From the NCBI GenBank assembly GCA_003140175.1, contig PLJD01000043.1, positions 13,271 through 77,270 on the forward strand: a stretch of 64,000 nucleotides of DNA, written 5' to 3'. Position 1 is the first letter of the stretch, and every line of letters begins with the position of its first letter. Below the pieces are notes generated by a model, which saw only the letters and a list, made by a program, of their open reading frames with translations, had not been told where the DNA came from and searched no databases. The position numbers and the translations under genes are program-made. This document shows positions 19,238-28,205 of the stretch, in pieces. This DNA comes from Actinomycetota bacterium. Lineage in GTDB: Bacteria > Actinomycetota > Acidimicrobiia > IMCC26256 > PALSA-555.

Positions 19238-19978
19238 ATGGGTCTTCTCGAGGGCAAGGTCGCGGTGATCACCGGCGCGGGATCGGGGATGGCGAAAGCA
19301 TCGACGATGACGTTCGTCCGTGAGGGTGCGAAAGTGCTCGCGGCCGACATCAGCGGTGCTGAGCAGGACACCGCCGCGGAGGCCGGCGACGCAGTCGTGC
19401 CATTCCACGCTGACGTTACCAAGGAGTCCGACGTCGAGGCGATGATCGGGCGGGCCGTGGAAGAGTTCGGCCGCCTCGATGTCTTGTGCAACGTCGCGGG
19501 CATCGGTACTGGCGCGCTGCTCGCCGACGTCACGATGGACGACTACGACCGCACGATGGACGTCGACTTGCGCGGCGTCCTTCTTGGCATGAAGTACGGC
19601 ATCCGAGCCATGCTCGAGTCCGGCGGTGGTTCGATCGTCAACTGGTCGTCGATCGGTGGGCTCAACGCGTCGCCGGGGACGAGCGTCTACTCAGCAGCCA
19701 AAGCCGGTGTCATCGCTGCCACCAAAGCGGCGGCGGTCGAATACGGCTCCAAAGGCATCCGGGCAAACGCGATCTGTCCGGGTTTCATCCTGACCGAGAT
19801 CATGGGAGCCGCCGGCCTCGAGACCTTTTCCGGGATCACGAAGAAGGCCGCGCTCCGGCGCGCCGGTGAGCCGCACGAGGTGGCCGAGGTCGCCGCGTTC
19901 CTCGCGTCCGACCGCTCGTCCTTCGTCACGGGGGCGATCATCCCCGTCGACGGCGGGTGGATCGCCCAAGTCGCCTAA
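19238..19978 (+). CDS. short-chain dehydrogenase/reductase (FabG-like)
   Basis: Motifs GKVAVITGAGSGMAKA, NVAGIG, YSAAKAGV and PVDGGW. Confidence 0.9.
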   Translation: MGLLEGKVAVITGAGSGMAKASTMTFVREGAKVLAADISGAEQDTAAEAGDAVVPFHADVTKESDVEAMIGRAVEEFGRLDVLCNVAGIGTGALLADVTMDDYDRTMDVDLRGVLLGMKYGIRAMLESGGGSIVNWSSIGGLNASPGTSVYSAAKAGVIAATKAAAVEYGSKGIRANAICPGFILTEIMGAAGLETFSGITKKAALRRAGEPHEVAEVAAFLASDRSSFVTGAIIPVDGGWIAQVA

Positions 19979-19999
19979 AGCTGGATCGGAGACACCGAC

Positions 20000-21199
20000 A
20001 TGACCACGACCACCGGCACCGACGCCGCGTACGACCCGTACGACATCGAGATCAACGCAGATCCCTATCCAGTCTTCCGGCGTCTCAGGGAGGAGGTGCC
20101 GCTGTACCGCAACGAGACCTACGACTTCTACGCGCTCAGCCGGTTCGCGGACGTCGAGCGCGGCCTCACGGATCGCGAGACCTACATCTCGGGACGCGGC
20201 GCCGTCCTCGAGCTGATCAAGGCCGACATGGAGATGCCGCCGGGCGTGATCATCTTCGAGGACCCGCCGATCCACACCATGCACCGGGGCCTCCTGTCGC
20301 GGGTGTTCACCCCGAAGAAGATGAACGCGCTGGAGCCGGAGATCCGGGACTTCTGCGCGCGGAGCCTGGATCCGCTTGTGGGCGCGGGCGGCTTCGACTT
20401 CGTGCGTGACCTCGGTGCCCAGATGCCGATGCGGGTGATCGGGATGCTGCTTGGGATCCCCGACCAAGACCAGGAGGCGATCCGCGATCGTGTCGACGCC
20501 GATCTGCGGACCGAGCCGGGCAAGCCCATGGAGGTCTCGCAGGACCAGCTCGTGACCGGCGAAGCGTTCGCGGAGTACGTCGACTGGCGGGCTGAGCACC
20601 CGTCCGACGATCTGATGACGCAGCTGCTGCAGGCAGAGTTCGAGGACGAGACCGGCGCGACCCGACGCTTGACGCGCGAGGAGGTGCTCACGTATGTCAA
20701 CGTTGTGGCAGGTGCCGGCAACGAGACGACCACCCGGTTGATCGGCTGGGCCGGCAAGGTGCTCGCCGAGCATCCCGGCCAGCGCAGGGAGCTTGTCGAG
20801 GACCGGTCACTGATCCCGAACGCCATCGAGGAGCTCCTTCGCTACGAGCCACCCGCGCCCCACGTCGCCCGCTACGTGAGCCGCGACGTCGAGCACTACG
20901 GCGAGACCGTGCCGGAAGGCAGCGTCATGATGTTCCTGGTCGGCGCGGCCAATCGCGACGATCGTCGCTTCCCCGACGGTGACCGCTTCGATATCCGGCG
21001 CGACATCGGCCAGCACCTCACGTTCGGCTACGGCATCCACTTCTGCCTCGGTGCCGCATTGGCCCGCCTGGAAGGGCGCATCGCGCTCGACGAGGTCCTC
21101 AATCGATTTCCGGAGTGGGACGTCGACCTCGACAACGCGAGGTTGTCGCCCACCTCCACTGTCCGTGGGTGGGAGACGCTCCCCATCGTCACCCCATGA
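20000..21199 (+). CDS. cytochrome P450
   Basis: Motifs FGYGIHFCLGAALAR, AGAGNETTT and EELLRY. About two-thirds aa identity by eye to the P450 at 58145..59350. Confidence 0.9.
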   Translation: MTTTTGTDAAYDPYDIEINADPYPVFRRLREEVPLYRNETYDFYALSRFADVERGLTDRETYISGRGAVLELIKADMEMPPGVIIFEDPPIHTMHRGLLSRVFTPKKMNALEPEIRDFCARSLDPLVGAGGFDFVRDLGAQMPMRVIGMLLGIPDQDQEAIRDRVDADLRTEPGKPMEVSQDQLVTGEAFAEYVDWRAEHPSDDLMTQLLQAEFEDETGATRRLTREEVLTYVNVVAGAGNETTTRLIGWAGKVLAEHPGQRRELVEDRSLIPNAIEELLRYEPPAPHVARYVSRDVEHYGETVPEGSVMMFLVGAANRDDRRFPDGDRFDIRRDIGQHLTFGYGIHFCLGAALARLEGRIALDEVLNRFPEWDVDLDNARLSPTSTVRGWETLPIVTP

Positions 21200-22326
21200 T
21201 CGAGCCCTTCGAGATCCGCGTCGACGACATGGTCCTCGAAGATCTGCACGACCGCCTGGTGCGAGTCAGGTTGCCGGACCAGATTGAGGGCACGGGCTGG
21301 GAGTACGGCATCCCGACCGACTACCTCGCCGACCTCATCGCGCATTGGCGCGACACCTACGACTGGCGTGCGCACGAGACGCGGCTCAACGAGCTCGACC
21401 ACTTCCGCACGGGGATCGACGGCCAGTCCATCCACTTCATCCACGCGCGCTCACCTCACGCCGGTGCCCTCCCGCTGCTGCTCACCCACGGATGGCCTGG
21501 TTCGATACTCGAGTTCCTGGACGTGATTCCCCGGCTCACCGACCCCGAGGCTCACGGGGGCGACGCCGCCGACGCGTTCCACGTGATCGCACCCTCACTC
21601 CCGGGCTACGGCTTCTCGGAGCCGACGCGCACGCCCGGCTGGGATGTCTGGCGCATCGCGCGTGCGTTCAGCGAGCTGATGAGCCGCTTGAACTACCCGC
21701 GTTACGGCGCGCAGGGCGGCGACTGGGGCGCCCAAGTCGCGACGCGCACTGGCGCGCTCGACGCGGAGCACTGCACTGCGATCCACCTCAACATGGCGAT
21801 CGTGGATCCCCCGCAGGATCCCGTCCCGCTCACCGACGACGAGAAGGCCGATCTCGCGGGCATGGCACATTTCCAGCGCGACGAAGCCGGCTACGCGTTG
21901 GAACAGGGCACCAAGCCACAGACCGTGGGGGTCGCCCTCAACGACTCACCCGCCGGACTCCTCGCCTGGATCGTGGAGAAGTTCCGTGCCTGGAGCGACT
22001 GCGACGGCCATCCCGAGAACGCCTTCACGCGCGACCAGCTGATCACGAACGTGATGACGTACTGGCTGAACCAGACGATCACCTCGTCCGCGCGCCTGTA
22101 CTGGGAGCTCATGCATAGCGAAGAAGCGGGGCCGGAATTCGTCGAGGTTCCCACCGGTGTCGCGCGCTATCCCAAAGAGGTATTTCGCTTCCCGCGCGCG
22201 TGGGTGGAGCGTCGCTACAACGTGACGTACTGGTCCGAGCTGCCCAGGGGCGGGCACTTCGCCGCGATGGAGCAGCCCGAGCTGTTCGTCGACGACGTCA
22301 GAACCTTCTTCCGCACAGTGCGCTGA
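21196..22326 (+). CDS. epoxide hydrolase (microsomal type, with N-terminal EHN domain)
   Basis: FEIRVDDMVLEDLHDRL...WEYGIPTDYL...DHFRTGIDGQSIHFIH (EHN domain), HGWPGS motif and nucleophile AQGGDWGA. ATG at 21196 overlaps the P450 stop (ATGA). Confidence 0.9.
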   Translation: MIEPFEIRVDDMVLEDLHDRLVRVRLPDQIEGTGWEYGIPTDYLADLIAHWRDTYDWRAHETRLNELDHFRTGIDGQSIHFIHARSPHAGALPLLLTHGWPGSILEFLDVIPRLTDPEAHGGDAADAFHVIAPSLPGYGFSEPTRTPGWDVWRIARAFSELMSRLNYPRYGAQGGDWGAQVATRTGALDAEHCTAIHLNMAIVDPPQDPVPLTDDEKADLAGMAHFQRDEAGYALEQGTKPQTVGVALNDSPAGLLAWIVEKFRAWSDCDGHPENAFTRDQLITNVMTYWLNQTITSSARLYWELMHSEEAGPEFVEVPTGVARYPKEVFRFPRAWVERRYNVTYWSELPRGGHFAAMEQPELFVDDVRTFFRTVR

Positions 22327-22327
22327 G

Positions 22328-22612
22328 TCACTTCCAGATGATCTTGTCCCGCATCGACGACCGCTCGAGCATCCCGTCGGTCTCTTCGCCGTCCCACCGG
22401 TATCGGACGCCGCCCTGAAACGGGATCGGGAACCGCGGGTACTCAGGCAGTCCCAGCGCGAAGGTCGAGAAGACAGTCCCACCCTCGATGCGGGTGATGC
22501 CGAGTTCGGACTCGAGCACGAACGAGACGTCTCCGTCGGGGATCAGCCGGGTGAGCCAGGGCGCCTTGAGGACCTTCGCGCGGATCAGCTCGCCCTCGCG
22601 TGAAAGAGGTAG
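22328..22612 (-). pseudogene. C-terminal remnant of an unidentified gene
   Basis: Reading frame GELIRAKVLKAPWLTRLIPDGDVSFVLESELGITRIEGG...GVRYRWDGEETDGMLERSSMRDKIIWK has good codon bias but no start codon. It continues out of frame from the ORF at 22585..22941. Confidence 0.35.
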
Positions 22613-23060
22613 CCCTCGTTGTAGGACGGGCTGCCATCGGGCCGGGGCGGGTACGCGAGGTCCCCGAAGCCGCGACCGCTCGGGAACAACGCCGACTGCC
22701 ACGGCTGGGCCGACTGCCCGCGACGCAGCGACCGGGCGTTCGGATCCTCGTCCAGCAGGCACGACAGCGCGGTCGACCCGGTCCGCGGGAGGCCGAGCCC
22801 AATCAGCGGGACGTTGATCTCCGGGTGGCGGTGGTACCAATCCTCGATCTGCAGTCGCTGGCCGAGGTACCCGACGATGGCCTGACGGATCGCTATCTCG
22901 CCAATTGCGTTGAGCGCGGCCTCCTCCCGGAGCACACTCACCAGGACCTCGAGGCCCTCGCAGAAGGAGTCGTCGCCGAAGTCGTCGAGACCGGTCTCGG
23001 CCCGAGCGGCGGCGATCAGCTCGTCGTGCCGTTCTACCGGATCCGCGATCGGTCGCGGGA
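22585..23060 (-). pseudogene. sulfotransferase-family gene remnant, N-terminal part
   Basis: DELIAAARAETGLDDFGDDSF...NVPLIGLGLPRTGSTALSCLLDEDPNARSLR is the N-terminus plus PAPS-binding loop of actinobacterial sulfotransferase-family proteins. No ATG, GTG or TTG is available upstream of 22941. The frame ends at 22585, about 150 aa into what I expect to be a roughly 380-aa protein. Confidence 0.5.
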
Positions 23061-23065
23061 CGGCG

Positions 23066-24718
23066 TCACGCGATCTCGGGATGCATGCCCGGTCGCACGT
23101 CCGGCTGGTCCAGCTGCGCGCCGTCGATGCGGATCGGTGTGCCGTTCACGAGTACGTGCCGTACTCCCTCGGGCTCTTCGGCGGTCAGGCGCTCGCCGTC
23201 CGCAGGGAAGTCGTGAACGCGCCGGGTGGGGCCCGGGCTCACGGTCCTCGGATCGAACACGCACACATCCGCCCAGTAGCCCTCGCGGAGGTAGCCACGG
23301 CGAGCGAACCCGAACATGTCGGCCGGTTCGCCGGTCAGCTTGCGGACCGCGTGCTCGAGCGCCAGGACCTTGCGCTCCCGCACCCATGTGCCAAGCAGGT
23401 CGGTCGGCAACGGCGCGTCGCACAGCTGGTCGACGTGGGCTCCGGCGTCTGAGAGACCGAGCGCCATGTGGTCGTGCGTGAGCAGGTGGGCCACCGCGTC
23501 GACGTCGTCGTTGGCGATGTATGCGCGAAAGCGCGTCTTCAGCTCCTCGGCGATGGCCAGCTCGCACATGACGTCGAGCGGGCTGCATTCGCGCTCGCGT
23601 GCAAGCTCGCTCACGCGCCGGCCCTCGAGCTCCGGGTAGTGCTGCGACTCGGAGACCTCGAAGGTGTCCCAGCGCGGCGACATCGGTGCCTCGTTCAGGT
23701 CCGCGAGCGCTCGCGCCCTCCAGGCAGGATCGCGGTACGCGGCGATGCGCGCCTCGCGGTCGCCCTTCAGCAGCTCTCCGAAGACCGTCCCGACGTTGAG
23801 GCTGTACGGGTCCGCCAGCGTGAACTGCATGGTGAGTGGCCGCGGCGTGACCTGGGGCCAGACGTCGGCGCCGACAGCCAGCCCCTGCTCCTGCAGCTTG
23901 ACCGGCTCCAGATGCTTCCCGCCCGGTGCCGCGAACAGCGGGTAGGTGAACGGTCGGCCGATCCGTGGCTGCCATTCGTACACGTCGGTGTAGCTGCACT
24001 GCTTGCCCGGTGTGATGAGCACCACGCCCTTGCCCGCCTGCCCGGCTGCGACGAAGAGCGCGTCGACCTCGTCGTGCTCCGCGAAGCGGCTGGGGACCGG
24101 CTTGCCGTCGACGCCACGATGCGCGAAGGAGAAGCTGGTCGAGAACCCCGCCGCGCCCGCATTGATCGCCTCGCGTACGAGCCGACTCATCTGTTCGATC
24201 TCCGCGGCAGTGGCGGGGCGCTCGTAGGCCGCGTCACCCATCACGTAGAGCCGCAGCGCGGAGTGGCCGATGTACGCGGTGAAGTTGAGCACGGTCCCAC
24301 GACGGCCGACGGATGTCAGGTACTCGGGGAACGTCTCGAAGTCCCAGGAGACGCCGGCGTTCAGCGTCGCTGCGTCCATGTCCTCGACGTTCTCGAGCGT
24401 GCCGACGATCGCGTCGCGGTGCTCGGAGCGGGTCGGGGCGATCGTGAATCCGCAGTTGCCGGCGACCACCGTGGTGACCCCTTGGTACGACGAAGGCCGG
24501 AGCGCCGGATCCCAGAACACCTGCGCGTCGTAGTGGGTGTGAATGTCGATGAAGCCAGGCGTGACCGCGCAACCCGACGCGTCGAGCACTCGGGCGCCCT
24601 CGAGGTTCGCGCCGATCTCGGTGATCACCCGGTCCGAGATGGCAACGTCGGCCGGGCGTCCCGGCGCGCCGCTCCCGTCGTAGACGGTCCCCCCGCGAAT
24701 GACGAGCTCAGTGGACAT
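23066..24718 (-). CDS. N-acyl-D-amino-acid deacylase (D-aminoacylase) family amidohydrolase
   Basis: 550 aa with LVIRGGTVYDGSG, VTPGFIDIHTHYD and TTVVAGNCG. Confidence 0.9.
   Translation of the reverse strand: MSTELVIRGGTVYDGSGAPGRPADVAISDRVITEIGANLEGARVLDASGCAVTPGFIDIHTHYDAQVFWDPALRPSSYQGVTTVVAGNCGFTIAPTRSEHRDAIVGTLENVEDMDAATLNAGVSWDFETFPEYLTSVGRRGTVLNFTAYIGHSALRLYVMGDAAYERPATAAEIEQMSRLVREAINAGAAGFSTSFSFAHRGVDGKPVPSRFAEHDEVDALFVAAGQAGKGVVLITPGKQCSYTDVYEWQPRIGRPFTYPLFAAPGGKHLEPVKLQEQGLAVGADVWPQVTPRPLTMQFTLADPYSLNVGTVFGELLKGDREARIAAYRDPAWRARALADLNEAPMSPRWDTFEVSESQHYPELEGRRVSELARERECSPLDVMCELAIAEELKTRFRAYIANDDVDAVAHLLTHDHMALGLSDAGAHVDQLCDAPLPTDLLGTWVRERKVLALEHAVRKLTGEPADMFGFARRGYLREGYWADVCVFDPRTVSPGPTRRVHDFPADGERLTAEEPEGVRHVLVNGTPIRIDGAQLDQPDVRPGMHPEIA
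23775..23938. repeat. source copy of the 164-nt segment duplicated at 41875-42039
   Basis: Hand alignment shows 2 substitutions and 1 extra base in the second copy, in the same orientation. Confidence 0.9.
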
Positions 24719-24719
24719 C

Positions 24720-25139
24720 TCAGTGCTCCTCTTTGCCGTAGATCATGAACTCGACGAGGTTCCCGTCGGGATCGCGCACATACACGCTCGACGCGTCCGC
24801 GCGACGACCGCCTTCTCGCGCCACCGGACCTTCGATGATCTCGGCGCCCGCGTCGCGCAGCAGCGAGTACAGCGATTCGGGCGATCCTTCCCACACGAAG
24901 CAGAGATCGCCGCAGGGCGGCATCGCGGCGGGGGCGCGCAGGGTGAACCCCTTCTTCTGCCAGGTTTCGGGTCGGTGAAGGTTGACCATCTGGTCGCCCG
25001 CATAGACGGACACCGCGTAGGGATGCTCGGCGACCTGCAATCCGAGCGAGCGGTAGAACGCCACCATCGCTTCGGTGTGTTGCATGGGTAGCGACACATG
25101 GTCGAAGCCGCGGATCGTGCCCGCGGGTTCAGGAGGCAT
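24720..25139 (-). CDS. VOC (glyoxalase/bleomycin-resistance/dioxygenase) family protein
   Basis: 139 aa with GFDHVSLPM ... DPDGNLVEF. ATG at 25139 follows AGGAGG and overlaps the upstream gene end by 11 nt. Confidence 0.8.
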   Translation of the reverse strand: MPPEPAGTIRGFDHVSLPMQHTEAMVAFYRSLGLQVAEHPYAVSVYAGDQMVNLHRPETWQKKGFTLRAPAAMPPCGDLCFVWEGSPESLYSLLRDAGAEIIEGPVAREGGRRADASSVYVRDPDGNLVEFMIYGKEEH

Positions 25140-26253
25140 GCGCGAAGCCATACAGCATGGCGCAGTTGGTCGCCGTGATCTTGCGGCGGTCCGCTTCGGA
25201 AAGCGCGCCCAGCGCCTCCTCGATCGCGTGCCGCGAGTCGGGGAAGGTGCTGTCGGTGTGCGGATAGTCGGATGCCCACATGCAGGAGTCGGCGCCGAGG
25301 AGCGGGATGAACTGCGCACCCATCTCCTCCTCCTCGAAGGTGGCCATCACCTGCCGACGGAACAGCTCGCTCGGCGCGACTTGGGGCGAGTAGTCGAGCT
25401 TGTCCCCGAGGTTGCGCCACTCCAGGTCCATCCGTGTCAAGAAGTACGGCAGCCAGCCGAGGCCCGACTCGGCGAGCACCAGCTTGAGGCCGGGGTACCG
25501 CTCGAGCGCACCGCAGAACACCATGGTTGCTAGCGGCTCGTCGAGCTGCAGTGGCAGGACTGTCGCGAACGCGGCCGACTGCCACTTGCCCATCTTGTAG
25601 CTGAGGTTGGACCAGGTGCCGTCCTTGAGGTGGAAGCTGATGGGCAGACCTGTCTCCTCCGCGGTTGCCCACAGGCGGTCCCACGCCGGGTCGCCGAGGT
25701 CGATGTCGAAGATTTGGACGATCGCCCCGCGGTGGCCGATCGCGGCGGCGCGCTCGAGCTCGGTCGCGGCAGCATCGGGCGAATGGCTGGGCAGGAACGC
25801 CAGCGCGCACAGCCGATCGGGGGCGCCCGCATTGAACTCCTCGACCGCCCAGTCGTTCCACGCCGCGAAGCAGACGCTCTGCAGCGCGGGGTCGTGGATA
25901 GGGAGACCCAGCGCGGCAGGTCCGTAGATCACCGAGACCCACAGGCCGTCGCGGTCCATGTCGTCGAGCCGGAGCTTGGGAGTGCCGGCGCGAAAGCCGT
26001 CGTCCTCGATGCCGGCGCGCCCAATCGCGCTGAGCTTCTTGACGGCGTCGCCTGTCTTCGCAGAGATCCCGCTGCGACCGATCACGCGGTCCTCGCATAT
26101 CCAGACGGACGCGCCGTCTCGCGTCTCGACACGCGGTCCACGCTCGGCATCGGCGCGCGCCAACCGCGACTGCCACACGTCCGGCGGCACGGCGGACAGA
26201 TCCAGGTGGTCGTCGCAGGAGTAGACGCCCGTCGCCGGGTTGATGCCGCTCAC
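25129..26253 (-). CDS. amidohydrolase, PF04909 type
   Basis: YSCDDHLDL at the N-terminus, with WASDYPHTDSTFP near the C-terminus. GTG at 26253 overlaps the upstream SDR stop (GTGA). The rest of track ORF 25129..26547 is upstream noise. Confidence 0.85.
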   Translation of the reverse strand: MSGINPATGVYSCDDHLDLSAVPPDVWQSRLARADAERGPRVETRDGASVWICEDRVIGRSGISAKTGDAVKKLSAIGRAGIEDDGFRAGTPKLRLDDMDRDGLWVSVIYGPAALGLPIHDPALQSVCFAAWNDWAVEEFNAGAPDRLCALAFLPSHSPDAAATELERAAAIGHRGAIVQIFDIDLGDPAWDRLWATAEETGLPISFHLKDGTWSNLSYKMGKWQSAAFATVLPLQLDEPLATMVFCGALERYPGLKLVLAESGLGWLPYFLTRMDLEWRNLGDKLDYSPQVAPSELFRRQVMATFEEEEMGAQFIPLLGADSCMWASDYPHTDSTFPDSRHAIEEALGALSEADRRKITATNCAMLYGFAHAS

Positions 26254-27044
26254 GTCGGCGTCTCCGTCGGGCGCGTGGCGAGCAGCTCCCTCACGTCGGT
26301 CGGGGGTGGGCCCGCAGTCGTTCCGCCGTCGACCGGCAGGACGATCCCGGTGACCTGCGCGGAGCGGTCGCTCGCCAGGTAGACGGCGGCATTCGCCACA
26401 TCCCTCGGCGACCCGACACGCTGCAGCGGCTGCATCTTCTGGATGATCCGCGACTGATCGTACGTGGCGTTGATGGCCGTCGGGATGTGGGCTGGCGCCA
26501 CACAGTTCACGCGGATCCCGTGCTCGGCGAGGTCGACGGCGATGCACCTGGTCAAGTGGATGACCGCAGCTTTCGACGCGCGATAGGTCATCAGTCCGGC
26601 CCCGGCGTTGATCCCGCCGATGGAAGTCGTGTTGATGATCGAGCCGCCACCGTGCTCCGCCATGTGACGGCCGGCCCGCTGGCAGCCGACCATGACGCCG
26701 AAGAGGTTCACGCGCATCTGGGCGTCGAAGTCGAGCAGTTCGTCATCGAGAAATCGACGGCGCGGACCACCGATCCCGGCGTTGTTGCACATGACGTGCA
26801 GCCCGCCGAAGCGCTCGACGGCGAAGTCGACGGCCTGCTGTACGTCGTCAGCATCGCCCACGTCGGTCCGCTTGAACGCCGCCGCCGCGCCAAGCTTCGC
26901 TTCGAGGTCTTGGCCGCGCGCCTCGTCAATGTCGGCGATGACGACGTCTGCACCTTCCTCCGCGAAGAGCTCCACGATCCCGCGACCGATGCCGCCTGTG
27001 CCGCCGGTGACGATCGCGACCTTGCCCGAGAGCTCCTCACCCAT
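26250..27044 (-). CDS. short-chain dehydrogenase/reductase
   Basis: Motifs GKVAIVTGGTGGIGRG, NNAGIG, YRASKAAV and PVDGG. Confidence 0.9.
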   Translation of the reverse strand: MGEELSGKVAIVTGGTGGIGRGIVELFAEEGADVVIADIDEARGQDLEAKLGAAAAFKRTDVGDADDVQQAVDFAVERFGGLHVMCNNAGIGGPRRRFLDDELLDFDAQMRVNLFGVMVGCQRAGRHMAEHGGGSIINTTSIGGINAGAGLMTYRASKAAVIHLTRCIAVDLAEHGIRVNCVAPAHIPTAINATYDQSRIIQKMQPLQRVGSPRDVANAAVYLASDRSAQVTGIVLPVDGGTTAGPPPTDVRELLATRPTETPT

Positions 27045-27050
27045 CGTGCG

Positions 27051-28046
27051 TCAGTCCTCGATCCAGTACTCCGGGACCGTCTCGATCTCGTGGCGAGCGA
27101 AGATCGCGTCGGTCTCGGCCAGGTCGGCCTCGGAGATCGACCAGCCGATCGCGCCGATGTTGTCCTCGACCTCGGCGACGGTGCGAGTGCCCACGAGTGC
27201 CGTGCTGACGACCGGGTGCGAGATCGCCCACCGGAGCGCGAGCTGCGGGAGGCTCTTGTCGTATCGCGTGGCGATGCTCTTGAGCTCGTCGACCGCCCGG
27301 ACGTTCCGCGGGAACGACTCGGCGCCGAACAGGGACTCGAACATCTTGATGTTGCCCATTTTGCCTTGCCGCGCGCGCCAGTCCTGCGAGCCGAAGTCCT
27401 GGTCCTCGGTGAAGGTCCCGGTCAGCAGCCCGAACGCGAGCGAGCCGTAGGCCATGAACCCGATCCCGTGCTCCTCGCAGTAGGGGAGAATCTCTCGTTG
27501 CATCCGCCGGTCGAACATGTTCCAGCCGTACTGGACGACGTCGACCCGGAACGCGCGCCTGCATGCTTCGATCTCATCGACCTTGAAGTTCGAGAGCCCA
27601 ACGGCGCGGACCTTGCCGTCGCGGACCACCTCCTCGAGCGCACCCATCGTCTCCTCGAACGGGGTCTCCCGGTCGGGCCAGTGCACGAGGAAGACGTCGA
27701 CCCGGTCGGTGCCCAGGTTCTTGAGGCTCTTGTCGATCGACGCGAAGACGCGCTCGCGGCTGCTGTCGCGGAACTTCGGCTTGTCCTTGTAGTTCATGCC
27801 GAACTTGGTGACGATGATTGCCTCGTCGCGGCGGCTGCCGAGCGCCTCCCCGAGGGAGCGCTCCGACGAGCCCATCCCGTAGCCCTCGGCGGTGTCGAAG
27901 CAGTTGATCCCGAGGTCGAGTGCCCGCCGGACAGCTCGGGCGAACTCGTCCTCCTCGACGTGGCCGTATCCGCCGCCGACCTGCCAGCAGCCGATGCCGA
28001 TCGCCGAGACCTCGAGCCCGGTTCGTCCGAACGGTCGGTGTTCCAT
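27051..28046 (-). CDS. aldo/keto reductase
   Basis: MEHRPFGRTGLEVSAIGIGCWQVGG, INCFDTAEGYG and AVGLSNF. ATG at 28046. Confidence 0.9.
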   Translation of the reverse strand: MEHRPFGRTGLEVSAIGIGCWQVGGGYGHVEEDEFARAVRRALDLGINCFDTAEGYGMGSSERSLGEALGSRRDEAIIVTKFGMNYKDKPKFRDSSRERVFASIDKSLKNLGTDRVDVFLVHWPDRETPFEETMGALEEVVRDGKVRAVGLSNFKVDEIEACRRAFRVDVVQYGWNMFDRRMQREILPYCEEHGIGFMAYGSLAFGLLTGTFTEDQDFGSQDWRARQGKMGNIKMFESLFGAESFPRNVRAVDELKSIATRYDKSLPQLALRWAISHPVVSTALVGTRTVAEVEDNIGAIGWSISEADLAETDAIFARHEIETVPEYWIED

Positions 28047-28150
28047 GTTGCGGACCCCCCTCGCCAGGTTGTGAACTAACACCGGCGTCAGCGAACCGTA
28101 GCACGACCTTGCCATACCGCCCATGGGGAGGAAAGTGACGCGAGCGATCT

Positions 28151-28162
28151 ACTAACGCTAGT
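28151..28162. promoter_or_regulatory. near-palindrome ACTAACGCTAGT, possible operator
   Basis: Five of 6 base pairs are symmetric. It lies 44 nt upstream of the double-TetR ATG, in the divergent region shared with the AKR operon. A second ACTAAC hexamer lies at 28075-28080. Confidence 0.25.
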
Positions 28163-28205
28163 GTCATCGTCACGAGCCACGGCAGCCGGCACCGAGGAGG
28201 CCCAG

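Noticed and set aside
24743-26176. The 477-aa minus-strand ORF, plus similar long ORFs at 35526..36575, 38226..39629, 39857..41302, 44915..46261 and 59466..60506
   Set aside because: All are alternative frames or antisense strands of motif-supported genes. Their composition is dominated by Arg, Pro, Gly and Ala and they have no recognisable domains.
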